A stretch of DNA of 64,000 nt from Ramazzottius varieornatus (taxonomy: Eukaryota; Animalia; Tardigrada), in NCBI GenBank assembly GCA_001949185.1, contig BDGG01000004.1:2605086-2669085 (forward strand). The letters are read 5' to 3'. A program made the translations under genes and the position numbers. Of this stretch, positions 17,009 through 29,651 are shown piece after piece. Under the pieces are notes generated by a model, which saw nothing but the letters and a program-made list of their open reading frames with translations, did no database searches and was not told the DNA's origin. The number at the start of each line of letters is the position of its first letter. The stretch's first letter is position 1.

Positions 17009-18059
17009 TCACACTGAGAACCAGGTCGGCGCACCGGATCTATGCCATTTCTGACTCTTGTCAAGCCTCATCTTATTCAGTGCATCGCTAAAGCCTTCTT
17101 CCTCTTTCTCCAGAGCTTGGCGCACAACGTCCGGAAATAGGTTCGGAAAATGAAATTCCACGTTCTTCTCCTGGAAAAAAAACAGGGTTACGCAAGCCTC
17201 ATACAGTTCCCGAGCGGGCTTTGGCGGCATTTACGAGACAGAAGGCGAGACCTGCATGTCGAGCACTCCAGGTGTGTTCGCAACAACCCTTCGCAAAAAA
17301 CTGATTCGCGGTCACCAAATTTTGAACGCGATCAAGACTACTGTTTCGAGCGATCGCATCTATTTGTTGGGTCGTTTTCTGGGCACGTTGACCACTTACC
17401 ATCGTTACGAAGGCATACTTTTGATCCGGTTCCTCGACCTTGTGCCCGGCTGGATGCCTTATAAGCATTCCTACAACCAAACAAAGATTTCGATTACAGC
17501 AAAAATTCTATGTCTACACCCCCGTGTAGTAAGCCATACCACCACGAATTCACAACTTATGATGTTACAGAATAGTTCGCATTATTTCACCTGTTGCTCC
17601 CGTCATGAATATATATGGTAATATGTCGAGCGGAAAGCAATCTGAACGCAGTCAACTGACCCTTTTTTATATGTGTCCGTACTTCCTTGACGGGAACGTT
17701 GTAGATCTTCGTTAGATAGTTCTTCACATCGATCTTCGACATCCTGCAACATATACAGCATAGTGCTTGACAAGTTGTTTTCACCTCAATATAGCCGTCG
17801 CTGCCCAGATTTAGGGTGTTAGCCATATATATGTTAGCTTCATACTTCATATCGATTTTGAAGTGAGCCATGTTTGGAGGAATTGCGCGCGCCGGTCTGA
17901 CAAGCTTCATATAGAAGTCTGGAAGGAAAATTCGAAGCTGTGGTCCACCTGGCTTCCAGAGAGGATATCTGCTTGAACAAAGAAAGCGAACCGATAGATC
18001 AGCTTGCTTATTATTTCAACCATATCGAAATTGAATTCGTCTTACGTTTTGGTCGCCAT
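17009..18059 (-). CDS. MRPL23: Mitochondrial ribosomal protein L23 (uL23m), multi-exon
   Basis: YPLWKPGGPQLRIFLPDFYMKLV, MSKIDVKNYLTKIYNVPV, KYAFV, F.FPNLFP, terminal PTWF. Confidence 0.9.
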
Positions 18060-18775
18060 TTTCCTACGCAGAAGGCGGAATTCTGATACCGTATTAAGGG
18101 ATGCTCCCCCTTATACCCCGAATGACGCACACGGGATAAACAGCGTCAGAACATGCAGGGACAGATGAAAAGTGAAGGTGGGGAGGAACCGGATAATCAC
18201 TAAGAGCATACAGTCTCCGCCGGTTGTCAAAGGACCCTCAGCAAATCAACTGTCAGGTGCGCTCAGATCTCCAGTCCTGATGACAACATGCACTGCATCT
18301 TCGATACTCCCACAAACGTCACGGGTCAGGAACTAAATTGCTGGAAGACATTGAACGATCACCTTGAAACGATGTGATTTTTTTTCGATCGAACGAGACA
18401 ACTTCGTTAACAGACAGTTAATGCGGATCACGATCGACAGATTGCGACAATGTTGGTGCATCGGACACTGTACTCTGTCTCCGTGTCGCACCGTTCAATA
18501 CGCGCAGCTAGGTGTACTGAGATGCAACATTATGATCTGCGTCAACCGTTGATTGCTACGTCAAAAGTACGCAGGTTCGTGTTCCGATTGTTGAATTCTG
18601 GGTACTGAATTTCGTCATAGATTGCATCATTGCATCAACAGTCAACAGTCTGAATGTCTGATAGATACCAATTAGCAAACAGTATTAATTAGGTTTTCTG
18701 GACTCTGCTCTTCCGCACCGACTACGGGATTGTGGGATCGCTGGTGGGAATCGACACAGCTGCTTGTTTAGTCAA

Positions 18776-21700
18776 ATGTCGTGGCTCCTTGGACGTCGCA
18801 AGAATGTGGAAGAGTTTCCATCATCAGATAATTCAGCGGGTGGAGCCGGCGCGGACAACTCCGAAGCTGGACAACGAGGTGGACGATCACCTAATGATGG
18901 CACAGCAAAGGCCGGAACGGGATCGGGAGACTCAGCCAGGATGGACGCCTACCGTTTCGATTCAGCTGCGTTAGAACGAGCGGCGCGTGCTGCGAAGGAA
19001 CTCGAATCGTCCAGTAAGCAGCATAATGCAAGATTCCTTCCTTCTCTGTCTTGCGTTATGAGGAGTGAGATACTTCGGTGTGTTATAGACTCTTGTTCAC
19101 AGAAAATGCCAAGGAAGCTCTGGAGGTTACTCGGCTTCATGAAACAACTATCCAGATGGAACATCAGAAGGCTATCAAGGTACCTAGACAGTTGTCCTAT
19201 CCCGCTTCCAGTCTCCATAATACAGATAACGGTATTTTGCCGCGGACTGTAACGGACACTGCCGTCTGCAATCCGGTTTCCCGGAATAATATTTCAAAAG
19301 GAAACCTACAACGCTGGATTTTCTGGATAGTGTATATTATCCAGTTTCTGCGCTCAGACTGCTGTGAACTATATTAACACGTTTCTTATGGCTTAGCAAT
19401 ACGAGGCCCACACGGAAGAAATCCGATTGGAGCAGATTCGTGCTCAGCACGAAGAGAAAAGAAAGACACTCACCGAAGAAACGAAGCAAGCTCAACAAGT
19501 AAGTTCCTGAAGCCTTTGCTGGATTAAGTTTAGTTCAGTATATCTATCCTCTTTGTAGCGCGCCGCGTATCAGGATCAGTTAGCCAGGAAGCGCTACGAT
19601 GATCAACTAGCGCAACAGGTTTGGCTTCCTGCTTCTTCATCAAGAGCTGTTCTTTTACGGTACTGGTTCCCGTACTCCGTAAACCCTCCCGGCTTATTTT
19701 ATAGCAAAGAGTAAACGACGAAAATCTTCGGAAACAAGAAGAGTCGATTCAGAAACAAGAAGCCTTGAAAAGAGGTACTACAGTATGTTTAGTTCTCTGT
19801 CAGCCCGCAGACGATTAGTTATGTTATCTGCAGCCTTTCCTTTCATCCGCAGCTACCATCGAACACGAGCTATCGCTAAGGGAAAAGCTTGACATTAAGC
19901 GAGCAGAAGCCCAGGCCAGGGCAAAAGCCAAAGCAGAACGGGAAAACCGCGACCTTATCCTTGAGAAAATTCGCGTCGAGGCTGGTGAGAAGCGTACCAC
20001 AACTTTGGAATCCATCAAGTACGTACTGGATCAAGTTTGCTGTGGTCATGTGGTACCCTGCGTTTACCCGCCACTTCACTTCCTGACATCTTTCATCTTA
20101 TTTCAGGACTGCCGGTTCGATAGTAGGAGCCGGCTTGAATGCTTTCATCAACGACTGGGATAAAGTTACTGCTGCCGTGAGTTCCTTTCAAGCCCGAGTA
20201 TCATTGTGGTCACTTGATGGATGCTTTGTGGCTTGGTTGTAGGCAGGTGGACTTACGCTCCTGGCGTTGGGTGTTTACTCTGCAAAGATGGGAACAGGTG
20301 TCGCCGCGCGCTATGTGGAGAGCCGGCTGGGCAAACCCGCTCTTGTACGTGAGACGTCCCGTTTGACGTTCTTTGAAACGCTGAGGCATCCGTGGAAGGT
20401 GAGACCAGACTCTGAACGTCATCTGGCGGACCGAAAGAATGGGCGATGGAATAATTGTCATTTGTAATTTCAGAACATAAAACGTCTGTGGACAAAGCAG
20501 TCTGATGCTCTTGCCGGAATAGTATTGAAGGTCGGTACATCAGCTAAGAAGAGTTTAGTTGCATTTGGCATTATTACATTGACCAGCGTTGGACGATTGT
20601 TTTTTATATATTGCAGCCTGAACTCGAATCCCGTCTTCGCGACATTGCGATCACAACGCGCCATACGAGGAAGAACAATGGATTTTATAGAAATCTTTTG
20701 ATGTATGGACCTCCTGGAACAGGAAAGACCCTTTTTGCAAAAGTAAGCGCGTGGCTTTCCGAAGTTGATAAGCCAGTTTAGCAATGATTTCTTTAGAAAC
20801 TTGCTTACCATTCCGGGATGGACTACGCAATAATGACAGGAGGTGACGTTGCGCCAATGGGTCGTTCTGGAGTTACCGCCATGCATAAAACTTTTGACTG
20901 GGCAATGACGAGTAGGAAAGGGTAACTGAAGTCATCCGGTTGAAGTCGCTAGGCCGGTCTTATTCTAAGATTTTGTATTTTTCCAGATTGATTCTTTTTG
21001 TTGATGAAGCTGACGCCTTTTTGAGAAAGCGAAGTTCGGTAAGTTCGTCACGGTATTTCAGAGCTGTGCCTGCTTTTGATGTTGTCTCGTACGGCGAGTT
21101 TAATTACCAATACATGAAATTTCAGGAAGTAATAAGTGAAGACCTTCGAGCTGTGATCAATGCTTTCCTGTACCGGACTGGAGAGCAGTCTAAACAGTGA
21201 GTAGAGCGAACCTACATTTTCCTCCCGAGCATACAAGAGTTTCCAGCCAGTTATGGTGACCTGGTTTGTCTTGCAGTTTTATGTTAGTACTTGCCAGTAA
21301 CCAGCCAGAACAGCTCGACTGGGCCATCAACGATCGTCTTGATGAAATGGTGGAGTTCGACCTGCCAGGAACCGAAGAACGGGAGAGGATGGTGCGGCTG
21401 TATTTCGAAGAGTTCGTCCTAAAACCTGCTGTGGCAGGTGGCTTCAAGAGACTCAAAGTTGAACAGTTTGACTACGGCCAAAAGTGTTCAGAGATTGCCA
21501 GGAGAACCCAAGGACTTTCTGGGCGTGAAATCTCAAAGTTGGCCGTGGCTTGGCAGGTGAGTGGAAATGTCGGCTCGATAGAATGTTTTGAATTTCTTGT
21601 ATTATGTGAAGAGCTTTAGACGGCGGAACTCATTACTGTACTCCGTTTTGGTCTTCCTGCTATAGTCAAGTGCGTATGCCTCGGAAGATGGAATTCTCAC

Positions 21701-21869
21701 GGAGAAGATGGTTGATGCCAGAGTGGACGATGTGTTGAAGCAACACAAGCAGAAGGTGACGTGGAGGGCGGAAGACGAGAATCAGTACCGGAAGAGCTCG
21801 GGTCTGGCTGCGGGACAAGAAAGTTCAGTGTACGCGATCAGAGAAAATATTGCAAGCGAAATGCGGTGA
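18776..21869 (+). CDS. ATAD3: ATPase family AAA domain-containing protein 3, multi-exon
   Basis: [36 protein letters not shown], Walker [10 protein letters not shown], Walker [31 protein letters not shown]. Confidence 0.95.
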
Positions 21870-22269
21870 GTTCCACCACCAATTGTTTTTTGTTTGAATT
21901 TTACGTCTATTTCATTGAAATTATACTATTCCCCAATTTTGAGTGCTGGTTGGGATAGTTTGGTGTGCGCGGTGCGAGTGGCATTCGAATGTGGAACGAT
22001 CGACCTGTCTTTATGAGCCCAGTTTCATCAGTTCTTCCTCGCGAGCCACTGGCCAAAACATTAGTAATCAGAAGGAGTACGGAATTTTCTCGAGACCGTC
22101 TGTATCCAAAGTTAATTTGTTGAGCGAAGCAGTCACGATGACACGACAAGTCGAAACACATGTAGAGATCAGGGATGAGCATGCTGACGAGTATTAGAAG
22201 ACATTGGCTTGTATTGAAATCAGTCCGAGAAGCAACACCGGCCGCGATGAGGTCGTCGTGCAGTCTACA

Positions 22270-23257
22270 TTATCCTGTTGCCCAAACTACAAGAATGAAG
22301 CTTCTGATCGGCAAACCAAGCTGTGAAGGTGTGGATGCGGACATGAGTAAGGCTATGTTTTCCTTACCGATGATGAGTACGAGAATAACGACCCCGATGC
22401 CGATACCGATGGCCATCATCTGTAGGCATAGAAAAGGTTTCTTGTTAGGGTCAGGTTCGATTGAGTGAAATTGTACCATCGCAAAAATCTCAATAGAGCG
22501 GCTGGGACCTGTCGACAGTACCGTGATGTACTCACCTTCATATTTTTCCACCAGTATTTGTTCTTAAGCTTTCCCGCGCTCGTTTCGAACTGCGCGGCCC
22601 CTTGCTGAAGTGCATCTGTGAACAACATTGTTTGACGGTTCGGCGAACTGCTGGCATTTAAAACATTTCATGAGTATGATTGGTTGTTCGAGGGTGCTAT
22701 ACCAGCACGGTCGTCGAGCTTCCCGAGGTGTTCGTCTCTCTGGATTACTTTCTAAGGAAGAACATCGTGGATACTATTGATTCTGACCGGACAGTTTTGG
22801 TCAGACTCTTCTGGCACTAGAAATAATTGCAGCATGTATAACAAACCTCTACGTTGGTCCTGTGGAAGAACCTCGTGTTACCGGTAGATTAGCACGACAA
22901 TAATTGTTTGACGGACAAATGCACAAACCTCATTATTTCCACCACCTAAAACCATACATTACTCAATGAAGCTGACTTTGAGAGGCGGAGGACTGCTACG
23001 GAAGTCAGCCAGGATTATTCGATTGGAACGTCAGCTTGGACTTCCTGGTTGCACTTCGCCGACACTTTCGGCCTCTTCTTACCTCGTCAACTTGAGCTTG
23101 AGTTTGTTGTAGCCTTTTGTTCTCTTGGTAGGGTGCTCTGGGTGGCATACCAGGACGCGGAGGTACTCCGGGTGGTTGAGACCTGGACAGGAAGGTTAGA
23201 GTGCATTGCGATTTCGAGTTTAGTTTGTGAGCTTTGCTATTCGGGACGATCTTACAT
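22270..23257 (-). CDS. Synaptobrevin/VAMP paralog A (split ATG; 17- and 13-nt micro-exons)
   Basis: AT|G first exon; Pro-rich N-terminus; [12 protein letters not shown]|VVEIMR|TNVE|[16 protein letters not shown]|[27 protein letters not shown]|TM|VWATG*. Confidence 0.9.
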
Positions 23258-24088
23258 GCTTAAGCCGGGATCTGGAGCTGAGTACTCAAAGCTGGATTCT
23301 GGAGACAGATGTCTATTTTATCAGTCCATCGTGGGAAGAGTAACTTCAAAGAAGATATGCGCTCAAAATTACGCGGAAGAAACTTTTGAATGCTATTCAT
23401 TCAGGATCCTCACATAGTTATGATCAGGAGACTAGATTGACGTATCCCGATCGCGTTGGATCGATAGTTGGAGGGCCTTTTGGGAGTGTGCAATGACTGT
23501 CTTTTCAATACAGTTACCCTATACGCACAACTACGTACGTTCGGTAAGGAGTGGGTAGGGAATCTTTTACGTTCCGGGATGGGTTCCAATGTTGTTTTTA
23601 TACTTTTAGCGTGTATTTGGTCGTTTCTTTCTCGCAGAGTCTTCAGGCACTTTTATAACACAGACCAACGAAAGTTCTCTACGTTAACGGGCGAAAACAG
23701 TATGATTAACCATGGATTCTAGCTGTAAGATGAAAATAAGGCTCACAAAGGATGCAGTGTTTATCAACTTAGCGAAACGAAATTCTGTGGGAGACTTTGG
23801 TAAGAAGTTTATAATGGATACGACGAATGAAACTGAGGCACAAACCCTACAGGAGTTGTTTCCTTGGCATATGGCGCTATTTTGTTTTGCATTGATTAGA
23901 CAGATGATTTTGCGATTTTTGGATCGCCGCCACACCGAATGAGATCCTCCGTGAAGTTATGTTGCTGTGACGTGTACATCGCATAGACCGTGTTGTGCGA
24001 AGCGAAACGATCAAGGCGACGAGACGAGTCGAAGACGGGGAAATCATAAATAATATTATGCAGGGTTGGACACGAAGAAGCCGGTAGT

Positions 24089-24969
24089 TCAGCCCGTTGC
24101 CCAAACTAAAAAAACAGGCTGATTATATCAAAAATAATCCCGACTTGCCGTTTTACAGCAACAAGCCACATACCGATGATAAGCACGAGAATAACGACCC
24201 CAATTCCGATACCAATGGCCATCATCTGTAGATGAAGATGGATATGAGCATTCAAATTACCAATTCAGTGGTTCTGCTAGACTGTTACTCACCTTCATAT
24301 TTTTCCACCAGTATTTATTTTTCAGCTTCCCTGCGCTTGTTTCAAACTGGGCGGCTCCTTGTTGAAGTGCATCTGCAATAACGATCTCATTTACGCGGTT
24401 TCATGGCTGAAAAAGCCTATGGGCATGAGCATACCCGCCCGATCGTCCAGCGCTGTGATTCCCGCATCTCTTTCTAGTACCTTTTCCACGTTCAACCTGC
24501 AGCACATACGAGCGATTGGAAGGTTTGCCTTGTTTTGTTAGGTGCCAAAGACCAATGGGCTCAAGGGTCTCAGGTGCTCACCTCATTATGTCCACGACCT
24601 ACGTAGAAACGAACGAGTGATAGTTAGCTATAGATTCTTTGTTTCGGATAAGTGCTTACTTCGTCGACTTGCGCTTGGGTTTGTTGCAGTCGTTTGTTTG
24701 ACTGATATGGTCCTTGAGGTGGTATGCCAGGTCGTGGTGGTCCTCCGGGTTGAGACCTAAGAGGAAAAAAATGGTACAGACTTCCGAAGGCTTTCAAGTA
24801 CTCACTTGCAAGCACCACAACGAGGCACTCACATGGCTTGGTGATCAGTTCGGGATCAGGTGGCGCAAGCTGGTGCTTCACAAGTAGATGATTTAGCTAA
24901 CGATGTCTGTCGTTGAAAACAAGAAGGGTGTTAACCGTTAATTTCTGCGATAAAAATAAGATTAGACAT
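24089..24969 (-). CDS. Synaptobrevin/VAMP paralog B
   Basis: [12 protein letters not shown]|VVDIMR|[20 protein letters not shown]|[10 protein letters not shown]...WWKNMK|[17 protein letters not shown]|VWATG*; first-exon AT at 24968-24969 is tentative. Confidence 0.88.
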
Positions 24970-25602
24970 GGGACGAAGGGTTCATCCAGGATATCGGACT
25001 AGCGGGTGGGGAGACTAGATTGACGCATATATAATCGTTCCGCTATTGGATCGATACAGTGAGGTCTTCCCGAGGCTGGGTGTGTTGGTGGCTTCTTTCG
25101 CTCGATAAATGGATCCTGCGTACTGTGCAGTGCTCCAGCTATACCTATCGTTCGTCAGGTCTATCGTTGATTTCATACGTTCTTTTGGATTATGGTCTTT
25201 ATTCGATTTGTAGGAGAGACGGGAAGACAGTAAACCTAGGCTGGGAGCCCTTGCCTATGAATTTATCGTGCGTACAGTACTCTTTCCGCAAGTTTAGGAT
25301 ACGTTATGAAAATTGGGTGTAACCGCAAGTGAAAAACAGTCTGTAGAAAATGAAAAACGGTTCGGCCTGCATGACGATACTTTGGTACATGAAGCAAAAA
25401 TCGAATTTCTTGATTGTCATATGCGCGACCAAAATCTTACGTATGTGGTTATTCCATAAGGGAGTACAGTACAGCACAATTTCTTTAAAGTCAGTGTTAT
25501 ATATATCTATATAACTTTCAGGCGTAAAATACGAGGTGCCTATATGATCCTTGGGCTCATGGGATGGAAAACCACCATATGTTTCTTTCGGAGAAGACTG
25601 AC

Positions 25603-26326
25603 TTATGATCCCGAAGTCGCCCAAACTGAAAGCAGAACATCTCAATAGGTGGTAACCGTTTTAGCCTTGATCGTAGTCTTTAAGTTAAGTAGTTTTGTAC
25701 CTACCGATTATGATTATCAATATGACGACTGCAATTGCAATTAGAATGCCCATCATCTTCAAATTTTTCCACCAGTATTTCCGCTTCAGTTTCCCGGCGC
25801 TCGTTTCGAACTGGGCCGCTCCCTGTTGAAGGGCATCTACGGATAACGGAAACGTAATTGGTTAGTTTGTTCGAGACAGTATGGTCGGGAAATGCAGCGG
25901 TCTCCCACCAGCACGGTTATCCAGCTCGGCGAGCTTCTGATCTCTGTCGATAACTTTCTAAAGAGAAGAGCTTTGAAGTTCATGGAGCGATTTCACGTAA
26001 GATCTATTTGGCAGAAAATAGTTACAGTAAGTATATTATGCGTTGATATCACGAACCTCAACGTTTGTCCGCATGATGTCGACCACCTGCGACCAGGAAG
26101 TGGTTACAAACTGGACAGCTGTTAATAATATTTTGGGCCTTGCCGAGCAGCTTCCGGGTCTCTTACCTCGTCGACCTGAGCTTGGGTTTGCTGCAACCTT
26201 TTGTTGGACGTGTATGGGCCTTGAGGCGGCATGCCGGGACGCGGAGGTGGGTTTGGAGGTTGAGCCCTGTTGCGATCATTTTGTTTGAAAACATAACGTC
26301 AGACTTGTCTCACGTTTCACTTACAT
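25603..26326 (-). CDS. Synaptobrevin/VAMP paralog C (most canonical)
   Basis: AT|G; [12 protein letters not shown]; [10 protein letters not shown]|[16 protein letters not shown]|[27 protein letters not shown] + TM; VWATSGS*. Confidence 0.9.
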
Positions 26327-27241
26327 ATTTTAGCCAGGACTTTTCCGCGTGGTCAGTGGACTGTTTCGGTGAAAGGCGGCGAAATTTTCTCGGCAGGAGG
26401 TTGCTTGTGATTCTCGGCTATATACGGGTCTCTGAAAATATAACGGAATTTAATATATGTTTTATATTACATACTTTGTATACTTTTCGGAAACAGCTGT
26501 ACGAAATCTTCCTCAATGATATTAGATCGATATTGAACTCTTCACGGCATCGATATCGCATCCCACCAGACGAGACTGTTCCACCAGAACAAAACTTACT
26601 CGAAAAAAGCCCCGTTCGTTATAGGTCTTGTCGGATATTTTACCAATAAGATGGTCCGTTGAAGTCCGATGATGGAAGAATTAATTAGTTTTGATCAAAT
26701 GACGTATGTTGTGAAGAGATTTCCACCTTGTCTCTGCTGTTTACATACGTACATGTTCCGGTGGTGCTCAACCAGCTGTCTGTTGAAGGACCTAGCCTGA
26801 TCCCTATTTCCCTTTCCGCTTCTGGCTTCCTCCCTGAATTTTCGGTCGATCAAACGCACGTGACTGATTCCTCAGCGGCACATGTTGGGCCTCATACTCT
26901 GGCACTCTGCAGTTTTTATCTACTTCCTTGTTACGCATATATACGATGACTCTTGCCTTCGGTTGATTCGCTTTGTTCCCGGTAATAAAGCAGCGATATA
27001 TTTGAGCTTCGACATTGGTTTTGTGCACGTCTTAGATCATAAAAGCACGTAGAGAACACGGAGATAAGTCATAAAATAGAACGTTCGTTCACTGTACTGG
27101 TACAAGTGGAAGCCAAGACATTTTGCGGTTTTGTCTGTGCTGCGACACGAATATTCTTGCAGTTATTTTGGAAGTGCTGATATTTAAAAGTTGCCGAAAT
27201 CTTTTGTAGGTCTCCATGCTGTGAAGATGATCTTTCTTTCT

Positions 27242-27768
27242 TCAATGATTTCGAGCTGCGCTGTCGGTCTTTGCGTCGAACAATGCTGCTTCATGTTTTA
27301 GATGCTCTGGATCGAAAAATTGTTTTTAGACAACGCGCGATCCTTCGTGCATCGGACCTGTACCTTACCTGTTTGGTGACGGAGATCGTCGATGAGATGT
27401 TGCCGATCATGGACTTTGCGCTCGTTTTCTTGTAGCACGTGTGCCACCTGCACAACAGAATACAAATTAATCCGCAAGAATGCCATCCAACGTCAAGGGA
27501 GATGACGGATGTGAAGGAATGTTTGATGTGTACTTCGTTCAGTGCGGCTTCCGTCTCGTGAAGTTTCCCTTCCAGGCTCATGTGTTGATCAGCCCTATGC
27601 GTGTCATTCAAGCTTCTGGCTCCTTGACTATTTGATGAAGTACTGTGGCCATCGTGCTGGTGAGACGCTGGAGCTTGATCGGACCTGAAAAAAAGTAGCA
27701 AGGAAGTAAGTACCAATGGTTTCTCGACCGTTACTAACCGTGTGTCGAACGTGAGAACTTACGTACAT
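27242..27768 (-). CDS. Divergent synaptobrevin-like protein lacking a transmembrane anchor (paralog D, ~98 aa)
   Basis: Same split AT|G first exon and matching intron phases; LHETEAALNE|VAHVLQENERKVHDRQHLIDDLRHQT|EHLKHEAALFDAK aligns without gaps to the R-SNARE motif; stop precedes the WW/TM segment. Confidence 0.7.
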
Positions 27769-29045
27769 CGTTACAATGGGCAGGTGCGTGCCCTTTTATG
27801 AGCCGATTCTTGGCTTCGTCTATAACACAACGTGATTATCTCCCAGGATAAGGAGGTGATGGAGAAAAGTAGCTCTACCCGCCTGATCACGAGTAGCAGA
27901 TGGAATTGTGGAGACTAGCGCCACAATCGATCACCGACACTTGCTCCAGCTACTATTCAACAGTTAAGAGCCATGGTCCCACGGTCCGGAGGAGTATGCC
28001 GCGTCACGCAAGTGCAAACAAGTTGAACAACGGAAAATGGAGTAAGTATGTCTTAGTTATGCCTGCTTAGCTGTCATCGTGGGAGGCAGGGATGGGCGCT
28101 GCGAGTGTGCGGAACTCGGGAAAATGACAGAAAGGAAAACCAGTGAATAATCGATCAGTATGCAAATGAATGAAATGATGTAAGGCCATATACGGAGCTT
28201 TACTGATCACAGTGCTGACGACGGTAGCGAGATTATTGAGTCCTTTTTTTTCCAGTGACGTCACGACGGATCTTCCGTGGACCTGTCAATCGTGTCAGAT
28301 GCTGCAGCTAGCTAGCTTAAGCTTTGTCATGGTGGGAGAAGTTCCCTGTTGGTGAAGCTTAGCGAAATGGGTTCGCCAGAGGCGCCCTCTTACGAGTTGG
28401 TTTACAAAAGCCTTCGTGGCTTTGGGATCTTCAATACATGCGGCTTACGGAAGAATCTGGGGAAAACGAAAGGGACCTAAAGGAGCTTCTCAAAGGAAAG
28501 CAGACTTCAAACGTTAACCTATTATACTTAAACGTGATGACCCAAGGCACCGGAAGTTTACTTCAGATCTGAATGACAGGTAGCTTCTCGTTACCACCAG
28601 GACATCTCATGCACCGTCAATCAAACTTTCCACAAATTGCGTTTCACATCATTTAGTCAATGCTCTGAACAGCGAGAAACCATTAACCTTTCGTTACCTA
28701 TTCATTCTCAGATCGAATGTCACAGCAGCCATGGTATGTTTTCCGGGAAGGGCTGCGGGAACTGGGTAGCTTCCGGTTGGGTCCTTGGCATGATGCAGAC
28801 ACATAAGCTGCAAGTAGTCCTGCAGGAAAAACCATGACACTTCTATGTCACGACCGGACCTTTCCCGAAATTCACATTGACATTTGCGTCCGAAGCTTTC
28901 ACTAGCAGTAATATAAGGTAGTATGCTACTTCCTTGTCCTTCGCCAGTCAACACCGATTTGCCGTTTGCCGATCCAGGAACCTTCCACGTTTCCATAGGT
29001 CTTTTGATCGGGAGATTTTGCAGTGAACTCAAAACTTCTATTACC

Positions 29046-29651
29046 ATGCCTCGATCTTTATCGATAGCGGGAAGTGCGGTCGTCGTTTTGCTGTTGGCGA
29101 TGTCTATTGCGTCCTCTGCCCTACCGTATGGATACTTCTCGGGGTAAGTTCGGTCCTTTCGCTGAACGAGACCAATGTACCAGTTTGCCAAGCTAATAAA
29201 ACTTTTCATTAGTCGCATTTTTTGTTTACTCTGTAGTATGCAAGAGTGGATGAAACGCAGCAATGGCGGAAGCATTCTAGCCACAGAATCAGATCGCGAA
29301 CTGCTGAGTTCCATTCTTCGAGAACTGAAGGACTCCAAGTCTTCGGACTTATCCTTGTAAGTGTTTACTGTTGTTGCTGGCTGTAGTTTCATTATGTCTA
29401 GAGATGAGCTCAAATCCGGCAGACATCTAGTACGTTTCTCTTACAGTGCCGGCGGGAAAGCAGCGCTGTTGCCCTTCGACTTTGGCATTGGGCATCGAGG
29501 ACATTCAGGAGCCCAGCTCGCCAATTATTTCGATGCGGTGGCGGCCTCTCAGAGTGCACTTGGTAAGTCCATGATCATGATGCATCCGCCCTCATTCCTG
29601 TGGTGGAGGAATTTGTCATGCTTATTCGTTGCAGGACCCGGAAGAAAATGA
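29046..29651 (+). CDS. DH31-like (calcitonin-family diuretic hormone) prepropeptide, 4 coding exons
   Basis: Signal peptide MPRSLSIAGSAVVVLLLAMSIASSA; Cys-free FDFGIGHRGHSGAQLANYFDAVAASQSALG|PGRK* matches the DH31 pattern (DLG..RG.SG.Q.A...GP-amide). Confidence 0.85.

Noticed and set aside
28694-29413. 239-aa antisense ORF over DH31
   Set aside because: No recognisable domain, and the opposite strand carries a well-formed spliced prepropeptide; probably a shadow ORF.
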